Assembly (NCBI GenBank): GCA_044225365.1
Contig: JBGAIQ010000004.1
Coordinates: 160,001 to 224,000 of the forward strand
Direction: 5' to 3'
DNA: 64,000 nt
DNA from: Planctomycetota bacterium
GTDB lineage: Bacteria > Planctomycetota > B15-G4 > JADJEK01
Below the pieces are notes generated by a model. The model did no database searches. It was not told the DNA's origin and worked only from the letters and a program-made list of their open reading frames with translations. Position numbers and translations under genes: made by a program. This document shows positions 30,515 through 39,470 of the stretch, in pieces (position 1 is the stretch's first letter; every line of letters begins with the position of its first letter).

Positions 30515-31885
30515 TCACATCCCGAGGTAGCGCTTCACGTCGTCGTACTGCCCACCCTGATTCGAATACAGGACGTAGTTCCGCGCGGTCGCGAACCATT
30601 CGCGCGTCGTCGGCTTCACCTTCTTCGCGGCTGCGAGAAGGTCCTTCGTCGTGATCGGCTTCGGCGCGCCCGTCTTCAAGGCGTCGCGGAGCTTGTCCTC
30701 GATCGCGAGGTCGACGACTCCCTTCAGATCCGCCCCGCTGAAGTGCTCCGTGGCCTTCGCAAGCTTGCCGCCGTCGACGGGCTCATGGGGCCTTTCTTTC
30801 AGCAAGACGCGCAGGATCGCGACACGGGCCGCTTCGTCCGGAGGCGGAACGAACAGGATGCGATCGAACCGACCGGGGCGCCGGAACGCCGAATCGAGAT
30901 GCCACGGCGCGTTCGTCGCCGCGAGCACGAGCACGCCGTCGTTGTCGCCGCGTGCGCCATCGAGTTCGTCGAGGAATTGATTCACGAGCGTGCGCATCCC
31001 GCTGTGGCGCAAGTCGCCGCGATTCGACGCGAGCGCATCCACTTCGTCGAAGAAGAGCACGAACGGCTTGCTGCGGCGTGCCTGGTCGAACAGTTCGTGG
31101 AGCTGCTTCTCGCTGTTGCCGATCCACATGTCGAGGACGTCGGACAGGCCCACCGCGAAGAAGCCCGCCTTCACCTGACCCGCCGTCGCGCGCGCGAGAT
31201 GCGTCTTGCCGCAACCCGGCGGTCCGTAGAGAAGGATGCCGCCCCCCGTCTTCTTGCCGTAGGCTTTGAAGAGTTCGGGATTGAGCAACGGCTGGATGAC
31301 CTTGATGTCGATCTCGGCCTTGACCTCGTCCATGCCGCCGACGGCGGAGAAGTCGATATCGGGTCGTTCGACCTCGATCTCGGCGTCGGCGTTCCCGTCG
31401 CTGCCGTCCGTGCCCATCGCCATCGCCTCGCCCGCCCCACCGGGATCGCGGAGGAGGAGTCGCTCGAGGTCGGGGTCCTTCGCGGCGGGATCGAGTTCGA
31501 CGGCTTCGCGATAGTGATGAGCCGCTCCGGTCGAATCGCCGCCGCGATACTTGATGCGTGCGAGCAAGCGATGTGCGGTCGCCGGCACGTTGCCCTTCGC
31601 GAGCACGCTCTCCAGCACGACGAGGGCGTGCGAGTCGCGTCCGAGGTCCGCGTAACAGGTCGCGAGTGCCACCTTGAGATCGGCGTCGTCGGGGGTCAGC
31701 TTCAGCGCTTCACGGAATTGCTCGAGAGCCTCGTCCCTCTTCTCCTCCCTCACCAGCATCTCCGCGAAATGGCGGCGCAACTGTGCGTTGCCCGGCATCG
31801 CCTTCACGGCATCGCCGAGGATTCGCAAGGTCTCGTCCATGCCGCCCTTTCCCCTGTCGTTGCCGTCCTTGGTGTCGTCGCTCAA
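30515..31885 (-). CDS. TPR-containing AAA+ ATPase (single AAA module)
   Basis: TTG start after AGGAG; Walker A GPPGCGKT, Walker B FFDEVD, SRH ATNAPWHLDSAFRRPGRFD. Confidence 0.92.
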   Translation of the reverse strand: MSDDTKDGNDRGKGGMDETLRILGDAVKAMPGNAQLRRHFAEMLVREEKRDEALEQFREALKLTPDDADLKVALATCYADLGRDSHALVVLESVLAKGNVPATAHRLLARIKYRGGDSTGAAHHYREAVELDPAAKDPDLERLLLRDPGGAGEAMAMGTDGSDGNADAEIEVERPDIDFSAVGGMDEVKAEIDIKVIQPLLNPELFKAYGKKTGGGILLYGPPGCGKTHLARATAGQVKAGFFAVGLSDVLDMWIGNSEKQLHELFDQARRSKPFVLFFDEVDALASNRGDLRHSGMRTLVNQFLDELDGARGDNDGVLVLAATNAPWHLDSAFRRPGRFDRILFVPPPDEAARVAILRVLLKERPHEPVDGGKLAKATEHFSGADLKGVVDLAIEDKLRDALKTGAPKPITTKDLLAAAKKVKPTTREWFATARNYVLYSNQGGQYDDVKRYLGM

Positions 31886-31932
31886 CGGTGAAACTCCTGT
31901 TCAGTCGCGCCCCCCGAGTATAGAACGAAGGG

Positions 31933-32460
31933 ATGACCAGCCCACAATCTTCGCAATCCGCGAACTTGCCCTGCACCCGCGATCTCACCCTGCGCTTCGC
32001 GGTCCTGCCCGCTGCGGTGCTGCTCGTCATCACCTGCGCGCGCAGCTACCTCGAGATCCATCATCCCGAGCACGCCAACATGGTTTCCGCGATGACCCTG
32101 CTCATCGCGATGAATCTCGTATGGCCTGCGATCTTCCTCGCCAAGAACGCCACGTTCGGACAGTTTCTCAAGGTGAACCTGCTCCTCATCCTGCTCGTTC
32201 GCGCGCCGATCGCGGCGATGTACGGATTGGCGTTCGCCGGGCAATGGAAGGTCGAAGGCACGGGTGAGTTCGTTCGCTACATCGTGCAGTTCACCGACGG
32301 CAAACAAGGCCCGAAGCTCGCTCTCGATACGAACCCCTTCATCATTTTCGCCGTATCGCTCTTCTTCTCGACCCTCGTCCATCTCGTCATGACCCTCGTC
32401 GCGTACGCGCTGACGTGGGCCGGAGCGTTCAAGAGCAAACGGTCGTTCATGCGGCCTTGA
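31933..32460 (+). CDS. Hypothetical 4-TM membrane protein
   Basis: Four hydrophobic segments; fills the gap between convergent/divergent genes. Confidence 0.7.
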   Translation: MTSPQSSQSANLPCTRDLTLRFAVLPAAVLLVITCARSYLEIHHPEHANMVSAMTLLIAMNLVWPAIFLAKNATFGQFLKVNLLLILLVRAPIAAMYGLAFAGQWKVEGTGEFVRYIVQFTDGKQGPKLALDTNPFIIFAVSLFFSTLVHLVMTLVAYALTWAGAFKSKRSFMRP

Positions 32461-34144
32461 TGCGGCGAGCGAGCAAGGACTTCACGCGCGCAGCTTCGTC
32501 GAGCTTCATCGCATTCGCCGCCGCGAAGTAGACGAGGCCTCCGGCGAGGATCGCGCCGGAGCACACGATCGCGCGCGCGAAGGTCGAGGGCTGCGGGAAC
32601 AAGTGCTCGAGCCCTAGCCTCGCGAAGTGCGCGGTGACCCCGAGCAGGAGCGAACCGATCCCAATCCGTACGAGTCCTGCGACGATGTAACCGCCGCGCA
32701 GCGGGCCGACCTTGCGACGCAGCAGCTCGAACAGGAAGAGCGCGTTGAGCGTCGCAACGAGGGCCGTCGAGAGCGCGAGGCCGCGCTCGCGCAATGTCCC
32801 GACGAGCGCCCAATTGAGGCCGAAGTTCACGGCGATCGACAGCATCGAGATGCGGGCGGGAGTCTTGGCGTCGTTCTGCGCGTAGAACGCGGGCGCCAGG
32901 ATCTTGATGAGCGAATAGCCGACGAGGCCGAGCGCATAGCAGGCGAGGGTCGAAGCGGTGCTCGTTGTGTCCTCGGCGCTGAAGCGACCGCGTTCGTAGA
33001 TCATCGCGATGATCGGACGACCGAGCACGATGAGGCCCACGGCCGAGGGGAGCGTCAGGAAGAGCGCGTAACGCAACGACGACGCCAGCGTGGTCCGAAA
33101 CTCCCCGCTGTCGCCACGCGCGGCGGAGCGCGAGATCGACGGCAGCGTCGCCGTCGCGATCGCGACGCCGAAGACTCCGATCGGGAACTGCATGAGACGA
33201 AAGGCGTAGTTGAGATGCGAGACCGCGCCATGCGCGCCGCCCTCGTCGAGCCCCGTCGCGAAGTTGCTGTTGACGAGGATGTTCACCTGGACCGCGGCGG
33301 CGCCGATCACCGCGGGTCCGAGCAGACGCAGGACTTCCTTCAGACCGGGATCATCGAATCCGAAATCGAACCGATACCGGAGTCCCGAGCGCCTCAGCGC
33401 CGGGATCTGACACGCGAACTGCATGAACCCGCCGACGAGCACGCCGACCGCCATCCCGAAGATGGCGTGACTCGCGCCGCCGATGTCGGTCACGATCGAT
33501 TTGCCGTGGAAGATCGCGTCCGCGACCGAGGACACGTAATCCGGCGCGAAGAGATAGCTCGCGAGGAGGCCGACCACGATCGAGCCGCCATTGAAGAACG
33601 TGGAGGCCATCGCGGGGATGCCGAAGACGCCGCGTGCGTTCAACGCGCCCATCGCCACCGCGGCGAGCACCACGAGCAGGAGGAAAGGGAACATCCAGCG
33701 CGTGAGTTCGATCGTGAGCTCGCGCTGCGCGGGCTCCCACTTGTGCGCGAAGAGATTCACGAGCTGCGGCGCGAAGACGATCCCGAGCGCGCAGATGAAC
33801 GCCACAGCGAGGAACAGGAAGTTGAAGACCTTGACGGACAAGTCGAGCGCCGACTGCGTCCCCTCCGTCTCGAGCTTCTGAGAGAACGTCTTCACGAACG
33901 CCGAAGAGAGCGCGCCCTCCGCGAGCAGATCCCGCAACAGATTCGGGATGCGAAATGCGATCTGGAACGCGTCGTTCGCCTGACCCGCTCCGAAGAACGC
34001 TGCGAACACCTGCTCGCGTACGAGGCCGAGCACGCGACTCGAGAGCACCGCGAGTCCAACGATCCCCGCGGATCGCGCGACGCCGCGCGCGCCGGCCTCG
34101 CGGTCCTTTGGCGTGTTCGTCGGAGCTCCTTCGTCTTCTTGCAT
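32447..34144 (-). CDS. murJ: Lipid II flippase MurJ (MviN)
   Basis: SRVLGLVRE, AFRIPNLLRDLLAEGALSSAF, RLMQFPIGVFG, AFYAQNDAKTP. Confidence 0.95.
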   Translation of the reverse strand: MQEDEGAPTNTPKDREAGARGVARSAGIVGLAVLSSRVLGLVREQVFAAFFGAGQANDAFQIAFRIPNLLRDLLAEGALSSAFVKTFSQKLETEGTQSALDLSVKVFNFLFLAVAFICALGIVFAPQLVNLFAHKWEPAQRELTIELTRWMFPFLLLVVLAAVAMGALNARGVFGIPAMASTFFNGGSIVVGLLASYLFAPDYVSSVADAIFHGKSIVTDIGGASHAIFGMAVGVLVGGFMQFACQIPALRRSGLRYRFDFGFDDPGLKEVLRLLGPAVIGAAAVQVNILVNSNFATGLDEGGAHGAVSHLNYAFRLMQFPIGVFGVAIATATLPSISRSAARGDSGEFRTTLASSLRYALFLTLPSAVGLIVLGRPIIAMIYERGRFSAEDTTSTASTLACYALGLVGYSLIKILAPAFYAQNDAKTPARISMLSIAVNFGLNWALVGTLRERGLALSTALVATLNALFLFELLRRKVGPLRGGYIVAGLVRIGIGSLLLGVTAHFARLGLEHLFPQPSTFARAIVCSGAILAGGLVYFAAANAMKLDEAARVKSLLARRIKAA

Positions 34145-34236
34145 GGCGCCGTACTCTACGAACGTCGCTTCGCGATCTCGACCTCGAGCCGCACAGAGAT
34201 CGCGGCCGGTGGAGATCCGTTCGTTATGCTTCCGTC

Positions 34237-34749
34237 ATGCCTTCCTCCTCCGCCCCCTACAAGAGCTTCGCGCAGTTCCGCAAGGTCCTCCATCTGATCT
34301 ACGCCGCGATGTGCTTCGGCCTCGCGACGGCGACGGGACTCTTCTACTTCGTGTCGCGCTCGATGAGCCCGCCCGACCCGAAGCAGATGGAGAACATGAA
34401 CGAGCGCGCACTGCTGATCGCCGCGTCGGTGGTCTCGGTGGCGGCCGTGGGAATCGCCGCATTCCTGCCCATGCTCGCGACGAATCGAGTGCCGGACTCG
34501 CAGTTCGCCTTGAAGATCCGCAGCGTGCTCTACTCGAAGATCCTCTTCGTCGCGGCCTTCGAAGGCGGCGGCCTGCTGTGGGCCATCCTCGGCGTGCTCT
34601 TCCGCGACGAACGTTATTTCCTGGGTCCGATCGTGGCGCTCGCGATCCTCATCGTCTTCTTCCCGAACACGGCGCGACTCGAAGCGGCTCTCGGCGTCGA
34701 CGAAGCGACGGCGGATCGGCGTCTCTTGGAGATGGGAGCTGGCGGATGA
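34237..34749 (+). CDS. Hypothetical membrane protein
   Basis: MPSSSAPYK start, four hydrophobic segments, ATGA overlap with the next gene. Confidence 0.7.
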   Translation: MPSSSAPYKSFAQFRKVLHLIYAAMCFGLATATGLFYFVSRSMSPPDPKQMENMNERALLIAASVVSVAAVGIAAFLPMLATNRVPDSQFALKIRSVLYSKILFVAAFEGGGLLWAILGVLFRDERYFLGPIVALAILIVFFPNTARLEAALGVDEATADRRLLEMGAGG

Positions 34750-36107
34750 TCCGGATCCTGCGCACCGTTCTCGGACTCCTTCTGCTCGCGACGGTCGTCG
34801 TCGCGTGTCGCCCCGTCGTCACCGTGAAGATGCGCACCAAGGTTGCGACGGGCGGCGCAACCACTCGCGAAACGGAACTCCGGCGCACCGTCGACTCGGA
34901 CAACAAGTCCGATCCGAGCCGGACCAAGCCGCTGCGCGAGTTCTTCCCGACGGCGTTCGGCGAAGGCTTCCCGAAACGTAGCGAGGACGCGAACGCCATC
35001 TCGCTCGCGGGCTCGTTTCCGAATCCCGAGGCGATCCCCGCCGACTTCGAGCGGGCCGTCGACCTCGTGAACAACAGCTCGCGCAACAAGATCTCGTTCA
35101 AGACCGAGGACATCCTGTTCGGCACGCGATACCTCTATCGCGAGCGCTTCGCCGACGCGATCGAGCCCGAGGACCTGGCCAAGGCGCGCGACGAACTCAT
35201 CGATCAATGCATCCGGTTCGTGCGCGCCGCAGCGCGGTACGAGTTCGGTCGCGATTTCGATACCGCCGCATTCGAGACCTGGGTGAAAAGCGATCTGCGC
35301 AAGCTCCTCGTCGACCTGATGGAGATCTACTACTCCGAGCGACGCAACTTCGGGAAGAAGGATCCGCATACCGGCGAAGATGGATTCGACCGCGCGTGGA
35401 AGCGCGTTCGCGCCCGTCTCGAACACTCCGGCCTCGCGCTCGACGCGGACATGGACGCTCCGCTCAATCGTCTCCTCATCGAGAGCTGGATCTCGGATCA
35501 ACTCGCACTCCAACTCGTGCGCCGCGGCGCGACGAAGCACCCGAAGATCGAGGAGTTCAAGTACCTGTTCCCCGAGAAGGAGCCGTGGTCCGGACTCGAG
35601 CGCGTGATGGAGAAGACGGCGGAGCAGGAATACGGCTCGCTCGAAGCCGCGCAGAAGGCGTTCGAGCGTTCGTTGCTCGCCGTGACCGGGACGTTCGGCT
35701 CCGCCGACTTCGACTACCGCTTCGACTGCGCCGTCGAGATGCCCGGATTCCTGCTGAGGACCAACGGCAACATCGAATCGACGACGAGCGCGTTCTGGCT
35801 CTTCGAAGGCGAAGACATGTTTCCAAACGGCGTGTCGCTCGAACTCGAGTCCGCCGTGATGGAGACCGACCTCTGCGCTCGCATCAAGGAACTGAAGGCT
35901 TCTCTCGAACCCCGCGACGCCGTGTGGCTGATCTCGCACCTCGAGGGGACCGACGCGCCGTCGCGAGCCGAGATGAAGAAGGCACTCACCGAATGCGCGC
36001 GCTACGGATCGCTCGCCTGGTTCGACGATCCGGCGCTGCCCGATCCGCAGGATCGCGCGACCCTCAAAGGCAAACTCGAACCGATCCTCGCCGGATTGCG
36101 GCGCTGA
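34746..36107 (+). CDS. Hypothetical lipoprotein
   Basis: MIRILRTVLGLLLLATVVVAC lipobox-like signal peptide. Confidence 0.75.
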   Translation: MIRILRTVLGLLLLATVVVACRPVVTVKMRTKVATGGATTRETELRRTVDSDNKSDPSRTKPLREFFPTAFGEGFPKRSEDANAISLAGSFPNPEAIPADFERAVDLVNNSSRNKISFKTEDILFGTRYLYRERFADAIEPEDLAKARDELIDQCIRFVRAAARYEFGRDFDTAAFETWVKSDLRKLLVDLMEIYYSERRNFGKKDPHTGEDGFDRAWKRVRARLEHSGLALDADMDAPLNRLLIESWISDQLALQLVRRGATKHPKIEEFKYLFPEKEPWSGLERVMEKTAEQEYGSLEAAQKAFERSLLAVTGTFGSADFDYRFDCAVEMPGFLLRTNGNIESTTSAFWLFEGEDMFPNGVSLELESAVMETDLCARIKELKASLEPRDAVWLISHLEGTDAPSRAEMKKALTECARYGSLAWFDDPALPDPQDRATLKGKLEPILAGLRR

Positions 36108-36122
36108 CGCCTAGCAGTGCCG

Positions 36123-36650
36123 TCAATCGGCATCATCCGCGGAATCGAGAGGGCTCGCGCGGAAGAAGTTGAAGACGTCGTTCTCGGTGCGCGCCGCGAG
36201 GAGATGCGGCAACGTCGCACTGCGCAGGAAGAGCTCGCCCGCTTCACGGTAGATCTTGAGGTAGAGCCGGTCGTCCCATGGCGGCGCGACGAGCACGAGG
36301 AAGATGTGGACGAGTTCGCCGTCGGGCGCGCCGTAAGCGAGGCCCGGCAACGAACGCAGGAGCGCGATCGTCGGCTCCTTCACGTTCATCGTCCGCACGT
36401 GGGGAATCGCGAGGCCGCCGCCGACGGCCATCGTCGCCTTCTTCTCGCGGTCGTAGAGATCCTTGAACAATCGGGTCGCGTTCCCGACGCGCCCCGTCTC
36501 GTCGAGGAACTGCGCGATCTCTTCGAGTACGCGCTCCTTCAATACGCGAGTCGCACGCGGGCCAAGCTCCTCGAGCTCGTCCTGCGTGAGCGGCTCGGTG
36601 TGCATCGCGAGCCGAATGCGGTCGTTTCGAAGATGCCGCGCGATGAGCAT
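36123..36650 (-). CDS. Stand-alone PTS EIIA (Fru/Ntr-type) domain protein
   Basis: REKKATMAVGGGLAIPHVR with the phospho-His; GAPDGELVHIFLVL. Confidence 0.88.
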   Translation of the reverse strand: MLIARHLRNDRIRLAMHTEPLTQDELEELGPRATRVLKERVLEEIAQFLDETGRVGNATRLFKDLYDREKKATMAVGGGLAIPHVRTMNVKEPTIALLRSLPGLAYGAPDGELVHIFLVLVAPPWDDRLYLKIYREAGELFLRSATLPHLLAARTENDVFNFFRASPLDSADDAD

Positions 36651-36717
36651 GGCCCGTTTCCGACGGCCAGGGTTCGGATCGCAGAGGATACCCGCCGGCG
36701 CGCGCCCGCGCGCCTCC

Positions 36718-37203
36718 CTACAGCACGAGCTCCATGTAGACGTCCGCGGTCACGTACGGAACGTCCTTCGGAACCGGGCCGCGGACGAACCCCAAACGCT
36801 CGTACAAACCGAGAGCCGCCTTCAACTTCGTCGACGAGACGAGGATCACTCTTCGCGCGCCGTGAGCCCTCGCCCAGTCGATCGCCCGCATCGTCAATGC
36901 CCTGCCGATCCCCCCACCGCGGGCTTTGGAATCGACCGCCAGCTTCACGAGTTCGAAGCTCGTCGAATCGTGCGGCTTCACCCCGCACACGCCGACGATG
37001 CGCCCATTCGAACGGGCGACGAAGATCTCACCGCCCTCGTCGAGGATCGTCTGCCGGGGGCGTTCGAGATGTGGGAGATCGCCGTCCTCCAACAGATCGT
37101 GCTGCACGAGCCAGTCGCGATTGAGACGCGCGAAATCCGGGGCGTCGTCGTCGCGGAACGAGGCGATCTCGAATGCACTCGACGGAGCGTGCTCGGCTTC
37201 CAT
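36718..37203 (-). CDS. GNAT family N-acetyltransferase
   Basis: FELVKLAV, ARGGGIG acetyl-CoA motif, ALGLYERLGF; TGATG overlap with the upstream gene. Confidence 0.88.
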   Translation of the reverse strand: MEAEHAPSSAFEIASFRDDDAPDFARLNRDWLVQHDLLEDGDLPHLERPRQTILDEGGEIFVARSNGRIVGVCGVKPHDSTSFELVKLAVDSKARGGGIGRALTMRAIDWARAHGARRVILVSSTKLKAALGLYERLGFVRGPVPKDVPYVTADVYMELVL

Positions 37204-38585
37204 CACAGGCGCGCCCATACGGCTTTGAGATACTGCGTCTCGGGCACGTACGGACTCACGGGATGATCGGGCGCGGCGCCGGTCTTCGCGAGGATCTGGA
37301 TCGGTCGCGCGGCGTGTCTCGGACGACCCGTCGCCGTCTTCTCCGGAAGTTCCTCGCCCGCCTGCCGCGAGGCCTGGAACACGAGCTTCGTGAACTCTTC
37401 TTCCGGCATCAGTCCCGAGCACGAGCACGTAAGGAACAGTCCGCCCGGTTTCACGAGCTGCATGGCGAGGCGGTTGAGGTCGAAGTACTTCTTGCGGCCC
37501 TCGTCCACTTCGAGGCGATTGTGGATGAGCTTCGGTGGATCGAGGACGACCACATCGAAGCGATGGCCGTGGAGCAAGCGATCGCGCATGTACGTGAACG
37601 CGTCGGCCTGCACGAAGTTGATGCGGACCTGGTTCAGGTTCGCGTTCTCACGCGCGAGCAGGAGTGGCTCCTCGTCGAGATCGACTCCCGTGACTTCGCT
37701 TGCGCCGCCGAGCTTCTTCGCCTGTATCGAGAACCCGCCCGAGTAGCAGCACAGATCGAGGACGGTCTTGTCCTTCACGAACGACGCGAGCATCTTGCGA
37801 TTGTCGCGTTGATCGCAGAAGAAGCCCGTCTTGTGCCCTCCTTCGAACCGAATGCGGAACCGAGAGCCGTGCTCCTCGATCGTGATCTTCTGCGGCGCGG
37901 AGTCGGATTGCACGACGGGGACTTCGTAGCCCTCCTGCGCGAGGAAGTGCGGGCTCGGCTTCACGATCGTGTGCTTCGTACCCAGATCTCGCGCGAGGCG
38001 ATCGAGGAACGCAGAAGCGCGCAGGTACATTCCGAGGCTGAACGCCTCGGCGGAGAGGACGTCGCCGTAGCGATCGATCACGAGTCCCGAGAACCCATCG
38101 GCTTCGGCATGAACGACGCGATAAGCTGTCGTGACGGAATCGAGGCGCAGGACGTCGCGTCGCAGTTCTGCGGCACGCGAGAGGAGACCGCCGAAGAACT
38201 CGGCGTCGGGAGGAGCTTCGCCGTGGCGCACGATGCGCACCAGGATCTCGCTCTTCGGATTGAAGAAGCCGAAGCCGAGCAGCTTGTCGGGAGCGCCCTT
38301 GCTCGGCACGACCGGCGCGGAATCGTCGGCCTCGTCGGTCCGTTCGGGCTTGTCGTTGTAGACAGGCGATGGCGCGTAGATCGCGACGAGATCGCCCGGC
38401 CTAGTCGCCGAATCGACCTTGGCGATGCGCTTGCGATAGAGCAGCGGGTACGCGGTCCACGCCTTCAACTCGACCTCGGGCGGCGCGCCGCGCAGATCGA
38501 TGTCGAGCGATCGTTGCGCGAAGCGCGAAGTTGCCGAAGTCGCCTCCTCGCGGGGGCGTCGCTTGCCTCCGTCGTCGTTCGTCAA
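37203..38585 (-). CDS. Class I SAM-dependent rRNA methyltransferase, RlmI-like (PUA domain)
   Basis: EADGFSGLVIDRY, GHKTGFFCDQRDNR, VLDLCCYSGGFS, VVLDPP, TCSCS, PETQYLK. TTGA-overlap start inferred. Confidence 0.88.
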   Translation of the reverse strand: MTNDDGGKRRPREEATSATSRFAQRSLDIDLRGAPPEVELKAWTAYPLLYRKRIAKVDSATRPGDLVAIYAPSPVYNDKPERTDEADDSAPVVPSKGAPDKLLGFGFFNPKSEILVRIVRHGEAPPDAEFFGGLLSRAAELRRDVLRLDSVTTAYRVVHAEADGFSGLVIDRYGDVLSAEAFSLGMYLRASAFLDRLARDLGTKHTIVKPSPHFLAQEGYEVPVVQSDSAPQKITIEEHGSRFRIRFEGGHKTGFFCDQRDNRKMLASFVKDKTVLDLCCYSGGFSIQAKKLGGASEVTGVDLDEEPLLLARENANLNQVRINFVQADAFTYMRDRLLHGHRFDVVVLDPPKLIHNRLEVDEGRKKYFDLNRLAMQLVKPGGLFLTCSCSGLMPEEEFTKLVFQASRQAGEELPEKTATGRPRHAARPIQILAKTGAAPDHPVSPYVPETQYLKAVWARL

Positions 38586-39373
38586 TTCCCGGCTCCCGTG
38601 GGAGCTGCAGCCGGCGGAAGGTTGAACGTCCTCGGATCGACGCCCGTGTTCCACGCGAGCGAGTCGATGCGGAGTTCCTCCATCAGCTTGTTGCCGTCGT
38701 AGCTCTTCCAGACGAACGGCACGCGGCCCGCGCGCGGATCGTCGCGATAGTCGTCGAAATAGGTGTCGATCGCGCGATCCTTGCCATCGGCGAATGGGAT
38801 GAAGGTCTGCATCAGCCGGGGCTCGAGCGACGTTCCGTCGAGCATCAGGTAGCACGGTCGACCTTTGACGTTGACCTTCGACAGACGGATCCACGTCTCG
38901 CCCTTCGGGCCGCGCGTGTTCTCCTTGAGCTCCGTCGCTCCGCCCGAGCCGGTTCGGAAGTAGTGGAGTACGAACAATCGATTCATGAAGTGCGCGATCC
39001 CCGTGTCGTCGAGAGGCACGTCGGCTCGCGAGACCTTGCCGTCGGTGTACTCCACGCAGCGGGTCCCATCGGAGACGAGCTTCTTGCCCTTCAACGGCCC
39101 GCCCGTCACCTCGATCGAGAACGAGCCGGGGCGCTTCCACTTCACGACGTAGCGCGCGTCGATGGGATCGATGTCGTAGTTGAGGCGGATCGTGGCGAAG
39201 ACCGTGAGGTCGTCCGCCTGCTCCATCGGATCGATCTTGCTCTTCGCCTTCTCGAGCGCCTGATTCAGCACCTCGGACGCGGTGTACGGACCCTGCCAAC
39301 CCTTCGGCGGGTCGTAGTACGTGGTGCATGCGGCGAGCATGAGGATCGCGACAAGACTGCTGAAACGGCGCAT
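38582..39373 (-). CDS. Hypothetical lipoprotein, possibly LolA-like fold
   Basis: Lipobox MRRFSSLVAILMLAAC; beta-rich body ending WNTGVDPRTFNLP. Confidence 0.7.
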   Translation of the reverse strand: MRRFSSLVAILMLAACTTYYDPPKGWQGPYTASEVLNQALEKAKSKIDPMEQADDLTVFATIRLNYDIDPIDARYVVKWKRPGSFSIEVTGGPLKGKKLVSDGTRCVEYTDGKVSRADVPLDDTGIAHFMNRLFVLHYFRTGSGGATELKENTRGPKGETWIRLSKVNVKGRPCYLMLDGTSLEPRLMQTFIPFADGKDRAIDTYFDDYRDDPRAGRVPFVWKSYDGNKLMEELRIDSLAWNTGVDPRTFNLPPAAAPTGAGN

Positions 39374-39470
39374 CAATCGACCTCCGACGACGGACCCGGA
39401 ACAAGCTACCAAGCGCAAAGCGATTGGACGACGGTTGCCGCTTCGACTCCACATCCGCATCATGAGGGCC

